A DNA stretch of 32,000 nucleotides from Pseudomonas aeruginosa (GCF_001457615.1 NZ_LN831024.1:3900001-3932000), one strand, 5' to 3'; shown: positions 8,334 through 16,305, counted from the stretch's first letter. Notes: a model not told the origin generated them from the sequence alone. Numbers and translations are program-made.

Positions 8334-9914
8334 ATGCCAGCCGAGATAGGCGCTTCCCCGCCACTACCCCCGGTTTCCGCCCCACGCCCGCTGCCGCCGG
8401 CGCAATCGCAGGGCAACGCCCAGGCCGACGCCGAGATGACCCTGAAGCTGGTGCAGACCCTGGCCGGCCTGCTGGGCGAAGGCGAGTCGGGCAAGGCCGA
8501 GGTGCTGGCGGTCAAGGAAGGCCTGGCGAACAATTTCCAGGTCCTGCTCAAGCTGACCCTGGCGAACAGCGGGCAGAGCCTGGTGGAAGTGCAGAGCAAT
8601 CGGCCGCTGGTGCCGGGCAACCTGCTCAACGTCAGCGCCACCAGCAACACCAGCGTGGTTGCAACCCTGCTCGACAGCATGGCCGGCGCTGGCCCGCTGA
8701 GCAGCCTCGACCTGGAGCAACTGCCGCCCGGCACCCTGCTCCAGGGCAAGGTCCTGTCCAGCACCGCGCTGCCGGCGGACAAGGCCCAGCAGGTGGTCTA
8801 CCGGGTCCTGCTGAACCTGCTCAACACGCCGCTCGCCGGCAGCAAGCTGAGCCTCGACTCGCCCCAGGCGCTGCCGGTCGGCAGCCTGCTCACGGCGCTG
8901 GTGAAAAACAGCCAGCAGATCGACTTCCTGCCGCTCAGCGGACGCCTCGACCAGCTTGCGCTGGGCCAGCAACTGGCCGGGCAGAGCGCCCGCCAGGCTT
9001 CCCTGGAAGGCCTGTTCGCCGCCCTGCAGGGGCTGAACGGCCGCAACGACCTGCCGGACAGCCTGCGCCAGGCCGTGGAGCGCCTCTTCGCCGGCCTGCC
9101 GGAGGCGCAGAAGATGGGCGATTCCAAGCTGCTCGGCCAGGCCCTGCAGCAGAGCGGCCTGTTCCTCGAGGCGCGCCTGATGCAGGGCGCCACCGATCAT
9201 CTCGGCCAGGACCTGAAGGCCAACCTGTTGCGCCTGTTCGCCCAGCTGTCGCCGCTGCCGCCGACCGGCGCCCAGGCGCCGGGCATGTTCGCCGGCAACA
9301 CGGCGAACCTGGCCCAGGCGCTGCCGGCCTTTGTCCGCAACGCCCTGGGCAACCTGGGACAGAGCGCCAACAAGACCCAGGCACTGAACTTTCCCCTGCC
9401 GAGCAAGGTTCTCCAACTGTTCGACGAGGACATGGAACTGGAGTCACTGCTGCGCCTTGCCGCCGCGGCGATCTCCCGCCTGCAGACCCATCAGTTGTCG
9501 AGCCTGGCGCAGACCAGCACCCTGCCGGATGGCACCCAACTGGCGACCTGGCAGATGGAGGTGCCCATGCGCCATCAGCACTCGGTGGTACCGTTGCAGG
9601 TGAAGTTCCAGGAAGAACAGCGCAAGACCGGCGAAGAGGCCCGCGAAAGCCTCTGGCGCGTCGAACTGGCCTTCGACCTGGAGCCGCTGGGACCGCTGCA
9701 CGCCCAGGCGACCCTGCTACGCGGCAGCCTGTCCAGCCAGCTTTGGGCCGAGCGAGACGCGACCGCGCGGCTGGTCGAGCATGAACTCGGCCACCTGCGC
9801 CAACGCCTGCGCGACGCCGGCCTGACCGTTGGCGAGATCACCTGCCAACGCGGCCACCCGCCCCAGGGCCCGCGAGCGACCATCGAACAACGCTGGGTAG
9901 ACGAAACCGCATGA
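8334..9914 (+). CDS. FliK-like protein (flagellar hook-length control C-terminal domain), otherwise uncharacterised
   Basis: ATG at 8334; the track start at 8325 is a TTG with no spacer to any SD. Pro-rich N-terminus and a long L/Q/A-rich middle. The C-terminal segment WRVELAFDLEPLGPLHAQATLLRGSLSSQLWAERDATARLVEHELGHLRQRLRDAGLTVGEI fits the FliK/Flg_hook pattern (L.L.P..LG...V......L...F.AE...TR..L...L..LR..L...GL). Confidence 0.75.
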   Translation: MPAEIGASPPLPPVSAPRPLPPAQSQGNAQADAEMTLKLVQTLAGLLGEGESGKAEVLAVKEGLANNFQVLLKLTLANSGQSLVEVQSNRPLVPGNLLNVSATSNTSVVATLLDSMAGAGPLSSLDLEQLPPGTLLQGKVLSSTALPADKAQQVVYRVLLNLLNTPLAGSKLSLDSPQALPVGSLLTALVKNSQQIDFLPLSGRLDQLALGQQLAGQSARQASLEGLFAALQGLNGRNDLPDSLRQAVERLFAGLPEAQKMGDSKLLGQALQQSGLFLEARLMQGATDHLGQDLKANLLRLFAQLSPLPPTGAQAPGMFAGNTANLAQALPAFVRNALGNLGQSANKTQALNFPLPSKVLQLFDEDMELESLLRLAAAAISRLQTHQLSSLAQTSTLPDGTQLATWQMEVPMRHQHSVVPLQVKFQEEQRKTGEEARESLWRVELAFDLEPLGPLHAQATLLRGSLSSQLWAERDATARLVEHELGHLRQRLRDAGLTVGEITCQRGHPPQGPRATIEQRWVDETA

Positions 9915-10246
9915 ACAGAAAGCAGTCACCCGCCCCGCGCCAGGCCATCGCCCTGAGCTACGACGGCCAGGCCGCGCCGACCCTTTCCGCCAAGGGCGAC
10001 GCCGAACTGGCCGAGGCGATCCTGGCCATCGCCCGCGACTACGAGGTACCGATCTACGAGAACGCCGAGCTGGTCCGCCTGCTCGCCCGCCTGGAACTCG
10101 GCGACGCCATTCCGGAAGCGCTGTATCGCACCATCGCCGAGATCATCGCCTTCGCCTGGCACCTGAAAGGCAAGTGTCCCGAGGGATTCGCGCCGGACGC
10201 CGCGGATGGCAACCAGATGCTGCTACTCGGCGGTCCCGGCGACTGA
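9911..10246 (+). CDS. Soluble FlhB C-terminal-domain-like protein (FhlB/YlqH type)
   Basis: 111 aa. QAIALSYDGQAAPTLSAKGDAELAEAILAIARDYEVPIYENAELVRLLARLELGDAIPEALYRTIAEIIAFAWHL resembles the post-NPTH part of FlhB/YscU. There is no TM region and no NPTH motif. ATGA overlap with the upstream gene. Confidence 0.8.
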   Translation: MNRKQSPAPRQAIALSYDGQAAPTLSAKGDAELAEAILAIARDYEVPIYENAELVRLLARLELGDAIPEALYRTIAEIIAFAWHLKGKCPEGFAPDAADGNQMLLLGGPGD

Positions 10247-10346
10247 GCCAGCCCGCACGGCGAAACATCCGCACGCACATCAGCTCCAGGACCTCGCCGC
10301 TGCGCGCTAAGCTGCGCAGCCTCCGACCTCGGCAAAGGAGCGCCCG

Positions 10347-10901
10347 ATGAACTTCGTCTTTCCCCACCCGTTGGACACCCCGCGCCTGCGGCTACGCACT
10401 TTCCGAGAGGAAGACGCCGCGCCGCTGTTCGCCATGATGTCCGACCCGGAAGTCATGCGTTACTGGAACACACCGCCGTGGACGACCCCTGCGCAGGCCC
10501 GCGAGGCGATCCTGCGGGACAGCCAGGCGCTCGTCGACGGCGAATACCTGAACCTGGCCATCGAGCGTCGAGAAGACGGCCAATTGCTCGGCAGTTGTAT
10601 CCTCTTCCATTTCGAGAAAGGCTCGCGCCGCGCCGAACTCGGCTACTGCCTGGCACGTGCAGCCCAGGGCCGGGGTTACATGGGCGAGGCGCTGCGCAGG
10701 CTGCTGGCGTTCGCTTTCGATGAAATCGACCTGAACCGCCTGGAGGCGGAGATCGATCCGCGCAACCGGCCTTCGGCCGCCAGCCTGGAGCGCCTGGGCT
10801 TCCGCCAGGAGGGCCTGCTCGCACAACGCTGGATCGTTTCCGGAGAAGTCTCCGACTCGGCGCTCTACGGATTGCTCGCCGAGCACTGGCGCAACCGCTG
10901 A
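10347..10901 (+). CDS. GNAT-family N-acetyltransferase (RimJ/RimL-like)
   Basis: 184 aa. The acetyl-CoA binding region LARAAQGRGYMGEALRRLLAFAF and the tail NRPSAASLERLGFRQEG are typical of the family. SD AAAGGAG lies 7 nt upstream. Confidence 0.85.
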   Translation: MNFVFPHPLDTPRLRLRTFREEDAAPLFAMMSDPEVMRYWNTPPWTTPAQAREAILRDSQALVDGEYLNLAIERREDGQLLGSCILFHFEKGSRRAELGYCLARAAQGRGYMGEALRRLLAFAFDEIDLNRLEAEIDPRNRPSAASLERLGFRQEGLLAQRWIVSGEVSDSALYGLLAEHWRNR

Positions 10902-11008
10902 AGGAGGAACCACCGGCAGGGCCCGCCATCCGTCGCTTTCCACAGAACCTGTCGTTCGCGCAACGGTCTTTAGACGGCACACCACATGCCTGCGGAGGCA
11001 TCCCTCAA

Positions 11009-11350
11009 ATGAAAAAACATACCCTGTTCGCCGTAGCTGCTCTCGGCCTGCTGTTCGCGGGCAGCACCCTGCTGCCTGGCGAGCTTTCTCCTGTCGGCTC
11101 CGCCTATGCCAAGGGCGGAAATGGCGGCGGCAACGGTGGCGGTCATGGCGGCGGCAAGGGCGGCAGCCATGGCGGCAACCTCGGCGGCCACTCCAGCAAA
11201 GGCCATGGTTCAGCCACCTCCGGCATCGCCAGCTCCCGCGACAGCCGCGGGCTGTCGCAGGCCAGCGCGATCTCCGCCACCACCCCCGGCGATCACAACA
11301 GCAAGGGCTTGAGCAACGCCATCGGCTCTTCGACCAAGAACGACCGCTGA
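11009..11350 (+). CDS. Small secreted Gly/His-rich protein
   Basis: 113 aa. Signal peptide MKKHTLFAVAALGLLFAGSTLL...GSAYA|K, then GGNGGGNGGGHGGGKGGSHGGNLGGHSSKGHGS. GGAGG lies upstream. Followed by a strong terminator. Confidence 0.7.
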   Translation: MKKHTLFAVAALGLLFAGSTLLPGELSPVGSAYAKGGNGGGNGGGHGGGKGGSHGGNLGGHSSKGHGSATSGIASSRDSRGLSQASAISATTPGDHNSKGLSNAIGSSTKNDR

Positions 11351-11367
11351 CCGCCAGTGGCGACCAC

Positions 11368-11397
11368 GAAAAAGCCGGCCTTCGCGCCGGCTTTTTC
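11368..11397. terminator. Bidirectional rho-independent terminator between convergent genes
   Basis: GAAAAAGCCGGC-cttcgc-GCCGGCTTTTTC: a perfect 12-bp inverted repeat with an A-tract and a T-tract, lying between the Gly-rich gene stop (11350) and the SDR stop (11416). Confidence 0.85.
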
Positions 11398-11415
11398 GTG
11401 CCCCGCCCACACGGC

Positions 11416-12153
11416 TCAGGCGAAACCGCCGTTGACCCGCAGCACCTGGGAATTGACCCAGGCCCCGTCCGGCCCGGCAAGGAAGGATACCGCCGCGGCG
11501 ATCTCGTCCGGTTCGCCGAGACGCTCCAGCGGCGCCAGCCTGGCGATCTGGTCGATCTGTTCGGCGCTCTTGCCGTTGAAGAACAGCTCGGTGGCCACCG
11601 GGCCGGGCGCCACCGCGTTGACCCTGATGTCCTGGCCGCGCAACTCGTTGGCCAGCACGTGCACCAGCCCCTCGACCCCGGACTTGGACGCGATGTACGG
11701 ACCGTAGCTGGGCAGCGCCCGGGCGATCACGCTGGTGGACAGGGCGATGATCCGTCCGCCGCGCTCGACATGCCGGGCAGCCAGGCCAAGCACGATGAAG
11801 GCGCCGCGCAGGTTGGTGCGGATCACCCGGTCGAAGCCCTCCAGGTCGCCATCGGCGATCTTCAGGTAGGGCATCGTGCCGGCGCTGTTGACCACCACGT
11901 CGATGCGGCCGAAGGCGCCCCTGGTGGCTTCGAACAGCTTGTCCATGTCCTCCGCGCTGGCCACGTCGCCCTGCACGGCGATGGCCGCGCCGCCGGCGGC
12001 GACGATTTCGGCCACGACCTCGTCGGCCATGGCCTGGTTGCCGGCATAGTTGACCGCGACCGCGAAACCGTCGGCGGCCAACCGCCGGGCAATGGCGCGA
12101 CCGATGCCGCGGGAGGCGCCGGTGACGATGGCGGCTTGGGTGATGTCAGGCAT
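11416..12153 (-). CDS. Short-chain dehydrogenase/reductase (SDR)
   Basis: 245 aa. Cofactor motif TGASRGIGRAIA, catalytic YIASKSGVEGL (YxxxK) and NSAG. SD GGAGAG upstream. Confidence 0.9.
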   Translation of the reverse strand: MPDITQAAIVTGASRGIGRAIARRLAADGFAVAVNYAGNQAMADEVVAEIVAAGGAAIAVQGDVASAEDMDKLFEATRGAFGRIDVVVNSAGTMPYLKIADGDLEGFDRVIRTNLRGAFIVLGLAARHVERGGRIIALSTSVIARALPSYGPYIASKSGVEGLVHVLANELRGQDIRVNAVAPGPVATELFFNGKSAEQIDQIARLAPLERLGEPDEIAAAVSFLAGPDGAWVNSQVLRVNGGFA

Positions 12154-12286
12154 GCTGGGACTCTCCTGGAATGAGCGTGGCGACAGCCACGCATCGACAG
12201 GGAAAGTCTAGAAGCCGGCTATTGGCGGATAAACAGCAGACAACCGTCATGACTATCCAGGATTTCCGGACAATACCGATACGCGG

Positions 12287-13024
12287 TCACGGCTTGCGCG
12301 CGATCCAGGCGTACTGCTGACGCTTCTCCTCGCCCAGGCGCTGGCGTCGGCGATGACTGGCGAACGCATCGCCGGAACAGTAGGTGCAGACGGCGCTGGC
12401 TTCGATCTGCGCCGGCCCGACGCCGGCGGCCTGGAACAACTGGCGACAGAAGGCTACCAGGTCCAGCCAGGCGCCCTGCTCCGCCTGCCTTGGCTCGGGC
12501 GGAGCGAACCGGGGTGGCCGCTCGGGGAGCGGACGACGCTGGCTCCAGGGCGGCACCGCGCCCTCCCAGAGGCGGCCGTGGCCGACCTGCAACGCCTCGA
12601 TGAACCCGGCACTCACCTCGTAGCAGCAGGCTTTGATCCCGGGACCGATGGCGACCCGGATGTCCGCGCTGGCGACGCCGCGCGCATTGAAGCGCGCCAC
12701 CGCCGCGCCGACGATACCGGCGACGAGCCCCTGCCAGCCGCCATGCAGGGCGGCCACCACCCGACCGTCGCGACTGCTCATGAGAATCGGCAGGCAGTCC
12801 GCGGTGACCACCGCGACCGCCAGCGGCCCTTCGCTGAAAACGCCGTCGGCGGCATGCCGTCCCGATTCCGACAACGAGCGCGCGTCGACGATCTCGGCGC
12901 CATGCACCTGCCGGCAATGGAATATCCGCTCGGAGAGTGCCTGGCCGGCTTGCTGGAAGCCATGCTCGATGCCTTCGATCGCCTTGAGGATATCGGCCTG
13001 GACGGTCATGCGCTGTCTCGCCAT
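12287..13024 (-). CDS. pgeF: PgeF/YfiH-family (DUF152, laccase-domain) purine nucleoside-processing enzyme
   Basis: 245 aa. Family motifs TADCLPIL, LHGGWQG and CTYCSGDAFASHRR. An alternative ATG start lies at 13009. Confidence 0.8.
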   Translation of the reverse strand: MARQRMTVQADILKAIEGIEHGFQQAGQALSERIFHCRQVHGAEIVDARSLSESGRHAADGVFSEGPLAVAVVTADCLPILMSSRDGRVVAALHGGWQGLVAGIVGAAVARFNARGVASADIRVAIGPGIKACCYEVSAGFIEALQVGHGRLWEGAVPPWSQRRPLPERPPRFAPPEPRQAEQGAWLDLVAFCRQLFQAAGVGPAQIEASAVCTYCSGDAFASHRRRQRLGEEKRQQYAWIARKP

Positions 13025-13068
13025 GGAAGGTTGGAAAACGACCTTACCTCATCTTCCCGGAAGCCGCC

Positions 13069-13485
13069 TCAGGCGATGCCGCGCAGGAGGTCGGGGCAGC
13101 CGCGATCACGCTTGATCAACGCGGCCAGGGCGACCTGGCCCAAAGGCCGGTCGGACACCGCGCCGATGCTCAGGCCATGGCCTCTGCTCCACTCGAACAA
13201 CAGGCGCTTCTCGCGGCAATCGAGTTCACCCACCAGCAGGAAGCGCCGGATGCTGTCGCTGCGTCCCAGCATCGCCAGCGTGCCCTTGCAGCCCTGGTCC
13301 AGGCGGAATCCGTCGTAGAGGCAATAGTCGTACGGGTAACCCTGGTCCAGGGAGCGCCGCAGCTCCCGTCGGTCCAGGCACAGGCTCAGGTGGAAGTAGC
13401 CGCAGCGGTTGAACAGCGCTCCGTACCTGAGCAGACGGCCGGGGTTGGCGCACAGCACCATGGCGCGCAGGGGTATTGCAGGCAT
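13069..13485 (-). CDS. Hypothetical protein (138 aa), possibly a degenerate receiver-like fold
   Basis: Strong SD AGGAGG about 9 nt upstream of the ATG, and high GC3. The alternating hydrophobic-strand/helix pattern resembles CheY-like receivers, but the N-terminal acidic pair is absent. Confidence 0.6.
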   Translation of the reverse strand: MPAIPLRAMVLCANPGRLLRYGALFNRCGYFHLSLCLDRRELRRSLDQGYPYDYCLYDGFRLDQGCKGTLAMLGRSDSIRRFLLVGELDCREKRLLFEWSRGHGLSIGAVSDRPLGQVALAALIKRDRGCPDLLRGIA

Positions 13486-13525
13486 CCTTGTGGCCTCCTG
13501 GAAACGTGCGGGTTGACCAGGACCG

Positions 13526-13554
13526 ATTCTAGAAAGCGACAGCCGCGCAATTAA
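13526..13554 (-). promoter_or_regulatory. Candidate sigma-70 promoter for the 13485-start gene
   Basis: The minus strand reads TTAATT-N17-TAGAAT within the AT-rich spacer downstream of the WYL regulator stop. Confidence 0.3.
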
Positions 13555-13575
13555 TAGGACTTTTCCTCTAAATGC

Positions 13576-14547
13576 CTACCTGTGATCCGAAGCTTCCTCC
13601 TGGCCCAGGTTACGCAGGACACGCTCGGCCTGGCGCCTCAACGGCTCGCGCAACTCCAGCGGCTGCCTGACCTCGAAGTCGAACGGCAGGCCGCACAGGC
13701 GCCGGGCGAACCAGTCCAGGTCGTCGGTGCTGGCGCGCAACAGCGTACCGCCATCGACCTCGGCGAGCAGACCGAGGGGCTCGCCGAGCACCGCGACCAC
13801 CTGCTCCCTCGCCGCCCGCATCAGGATTTCCACCGGGTAGGCGCGCGGCATCCGGGCGAAGCTCTCCCGCAGGTGGCGGAGGGTATCGAAATCCGCCGGT
13901 CGCTCGAAGCGCTCCGCCAGCATGCGCGGCGCGTCCAGGCGATCGAGACGGAACGAGCGCAACGCCTGGCGCAGGTGGCAGAAACCGCTGACGTACCAGC
14001 AGCCGTTGCGATAGGCCAGGCCGTAGGGATCGAGTTGGCGGAGGGTTTCGGCGCCCTGCGGGTCGCGATAGCGGAACTCGACCCGCGCACGGACCTGGGC
14101 GGCTTCGGCGAGGGTCGCCAGCGCCGCCACACTGGTTCCCGCCCGGGCGCGGGCCAGGTCCAGGCTGGCGGTCTCGCGGAGCGCCACGAGGCGCCGCCGC
14201 AGCGCAACGGGCATCACCCTGCTCAGCTTGGCCTGCGCACTTTCCAGGGCCAGCTCGCTTTCGCCCAGGCCGAGACTGCGCACCGCCAGCAGGCCGAGGG
14301 ACACGGCCAGGGTTTCCTCCGCGCTGAACATCAGCGGCGGGAGCTTGAAACCGGCCACCAGGCGGTAACCGCCATGGCGTCCGCGCTCCGCCGAGATGGG
14401 TATGCCCAGCTCCTCGAGGGCGACGATATAGCGACGCAGCGTCCGTCCATCCACCTCCAGGCGCCTGGCCAGCTCGCTACCGCTGAGCTGGCCGTGGCTC
14501 TGCAGCAGTTCGAGCAGGGCGAGCACGCGCACCGTGGGCTTGGACAT
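13576..14547 (-). CDS. WYL-domain transcriptional regulator (YafY/DeoR-like N-terminal HTH)
   Basis: N-terminal wHTH VRVLALLELLQSHGQLSGSELARRLEVDGRTLRRYIVALEELGIPI and WYL-domain core YRNGCWYVSGFCHLRQALRSFRLDRL. ATG at 14545-14547 is preferred over the upstream GTG at 14559 used by the track. Confidence 0.88.
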   Translation of the reverse strand: MSKPTVRVLALLELLQSHGQLSGSELARRLEVDGRTLRRYIVALEELGIPISAERGRHGGYRLVAGFKLPPLMFSAEETLAVSLGLLAVRSLGLGESELALESAQAKLSRVMPVALRRRLVALRETASLDLARARAGTSVAALATLAEAAQVRARVEFRYRDPQGAETLRQLDPYGLAYRNGCWYVSGFCHLRQALRSFRLDRLDAPRMLAERFERPADFDTLRHLRESFARMPRAYPVEILMRAAREQVVAVLGEPLGLLAEVDGGTLLRASTDDLDWFARRLCGLPFDFEVRQPLELREPLRRQAERVLRNLGQEEASDHR

Positions 14548-14577
14548 TTTTCGATCCACCGGAAAAATCAGGACCGA

Positions 14578-14590
14578 ATATAGCCTATAT
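14578..14590. promoter_or_regulatory. Perfect 13-nt AT-rich palindrome, candidate operator
   Basis: ATATAG-C-CTATAT lies in the divergent WYL-regulator/GST intergenic region. Confidence 0.35.
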
Positions 14591-14614
14591 CCCCCCTACC
14601 CTGCGTTCAGCCCG

Positions 14615-14629
14615 GTTGCGATGCGCAAC
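14615..14629. promoter_or_regulatory. Perfect inverted repeat GTTGCG-ATG-CGCAAC, candidate operator
   Basis: Lies 27 nt upstream of the GST start codon and overlaps a second small repeat, AACG-TG-CGTT. Confidence 0.35.
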
Positions 14630-14655
14630 GTGCGTTACCTGAACGGAGATGGAAA

Positions 14656-15342
14656 ATGGAACCTGTACTGTTTTATGGCGTACCCCACGGCTGTTCCTTC
14701 GGCTCGATCGTGGCCCTCGAGTGGCTCGGCCGCCCCTATCGCCTGTGTCGGATCGAGATGCCGCTGGAGACCGGCGAGCGCACCTACGTGCGCCTGAACC
14801 CGGCTCGCCAGACGCCCACCCTGCTCCTGGAGGACGGCCGCGCGCTCAGCGAAAGCCTGGCCATTCTCCAGCACCTGGCGGCGCGCGACCTGTGCAGGAA
14901 GCTCGGTTATCCGCAGGGCAGCGCCGAGTTCGACGAACTGAACTTCGCCCTCGCCCTCCTGCATACCGAATGCCATTCGGCCTGGGGAGCCCTGTTCTAT
15001 CTGGAGGACGCCGACGCAACCACGACGGCAAGGGCGCTGACGCGCGCGGCGCGAGCCTATGGCCGGATCGACAAGCTGCTCGGCGACCGCAAGTGGCTGG
15101 CCGGCGAAGGGCCGAGCGTGGCCGACGCCTACCTCGCGGGTACCGCTCGCTGGGGACGGGAGCTGGGCTACTTCGACCTGCAACACGACTTTCCGCGCCT
15201 GCATCGACACCTGGAGAAGCTGGAGCAGGACCCGGCGGTGCGCTTCGCCCATGCCATCGAGGATCGCCTGCCGGCGCAGAGCTGCGGGGAGTTCAGGGGA
15301 GAGGTGACACTGGCAGAAGTGGCGAGCCGCCTGCTCGCCTGA
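14656..15342 (+). CDS. Glutathione S-transferase family protein
   Basis: 228 aa. N-terminal thioredoxin-like GST fold (VLFYGVPHGCSFGSIVALEWLG..., QTPTLLLEDGRALSESLAILQHL) and a helical C-terminal domain. SD GGAGATGG upstream. Confidence 0.85.
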   Translation: MEPVLFYGVPHGCSFGSIVALEWLGRPYRLCRIEMPLETGERTYVRLNPARQTPTLLLEDGRALSESLAILQHLAARDLCRKLGYPQGSAEFDELNFALALLHTECHSAWGALFYLEDADATTTARALTRAARAYGRIDKLLGDRKWLAGEGPSVADAYLAGTARWGRELGYFDLQHDFPRLHRHLEKLEQDPAVRFAHAIEDRLPAQSCGEFRGEVTLAEVASRLLA

Positions 15343-15375
15343 AAAGCGCCAGCGCCAGCGCCGGGCCGGCGACCG

Positions 15376-15783
15376 TCACTTGCCCTTGGCTTCGTGCAGG
15401 CGCGCCACCAGCTCGGCCTCGGCCTGCGACAGACCGCAGGCCTGGGTCAGGTCTTCGGCGCTGGCGCCGAGCCCGACCAGGCGTGCGGCCTGGCTGAACG
15501 ACAGCGTGGTCGGATCGCGCTGCTCCAGGCGCGCGACCCGGTCGGGAAGCGGCGCGAGTTGCTTGCCGAGGTCCTGCAAGGCCTCGCCCATGCGCACGTT
15601 GACCTGCTGGTAGGACTCGATGCGCTTGCTCAGCTCCTTGAGCCGGCGCTCGCGCGCGGCGCCCTCCTCCGCCTGCTGCGCCAGCGCAGCTTGCAGGCGG
15701 CGCAATTCACGGCGCAGCCACAGGCACGCCGCCGCCAGGCCGAGGCAGGCGGCGAGCGCCAGTGCCAGCGCGACGACCTCCAT
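15376..15783 (-). CDS. DUF2802-type membrane-anchored coiled-coil protein of the che cluster
   Basis: 135 aa. N-terminal TM segment MEVVALALALAACLGLAAACLWL, a coiled-coil region and a C-terminal helix-rich motif LTQACGLSQAEAELVARLH. Lies directly downstream of cheW. Confidence 0.75.
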   Translation of the reverse strand: MEVVALALALAACLGLAAACLWLRRELRRLQAALAQQAEEGAARERRLKELSKRIESYQQVNVRMGEALQDLGKQLAPLPDRVARLEQRDPTTLSFSQAARLVGLGASAEDLTQACGLSQAEAELVARLHEAKGK

Positions 15784-15813
15784 CTCAGCAGGCCCTCGTG
15801 TCGGTAGAACGCA

Positions 15814-16293
15814 TCAGATGCTGCCCAGCTCCGACCATTCTTCCTCGGTCATCATCTTGTCCAGCTCGACCAGGATCAGCAGCTCGCCGTTCTTGTTGCA
15901 GACACCCTGGATGAACTTGGCCGACTCTTCGTTGCCGACGTTCGGCGCGGTCTCGATTTCCGACTGCTTCAGGTAGACCACCTCGGCGACGCTGTCGACC
16001 AGGATGCCGACCACCTGCTTGTCCGCCTCGATAATGACGATCCGCGTGTTGTCGCTGACCGGCGCAGGGTCCAGGCCGAAGCGCTGGCGGGTGTCGATCA
16101 CCGTGACCACGTTACCGCGCAGGTTGATGATGCCCAGCACGTAGCTCGGCGCGCCCGGCACCGGGGCGATCTCGGTGTAGCGCAGCACCTCCTGGACCTG
16201 CATCACATTGATGCCGTAGCTCTCGTTGTCCAGGCGGAAGGTGACCCACTGCAGGATCGGATCTTCGGCGCTTTGCGCGGTGGCTTTGCTCAT
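15814..16293 (-). CDS. cheW: Chemotaxis coupling protein CheW
   Basis: 159 aa, a single CheW domain (QWVTFRLDNESYGINVMQVQEVL..., IINLRGNVVTVIDTRQRFG). Confidence 0.95.
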   Translation of the reverse strand: MSKATAQSAEDPILQWVTFRLDNESYGINVMQVQEVLRYTEIAPVPGAPSYVLGIINLRGNVVTVIDTRQRFGLDPAPVSDNTRIVIIEADKQVVGILVDSVAEVVYLKQSEIETAPNVGNEESAKFIQGVCNKNGELLILVELDKMMTEEEWSELGSI

Positions 16294-16305
16294 TCCCCTA
16301 ACCTC

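Noticed and set aside
12991-12997. GCCGATA (a sigma-28 -10-like sequence) on the minus strand
   Set aside because: It lies inside the 5' end of the PgeF-like coding region, and there is no TAAAG/TCAAG 14-15 nt upstream.
13576-14547. The WYL-domain regulator as a marker of an anti-phage defence island
   Set aside because: Its neighbours (GST, a small hypothetical, PgeF-like, SDR) carry no nuclease, helicase, methyltransferase, Cas or toxin signatures. A divergent metabolic or stress target is the simpler reading.
8151-15800. The mixed-orientation block between ccm and che, considered as a horizontally acquired island
   Set aside because: There is no flanking tRNA, integrase, transposase, direct repeat or obvious drop in GC or codon bias. 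Only short AT-rich promoter spacers stand out.
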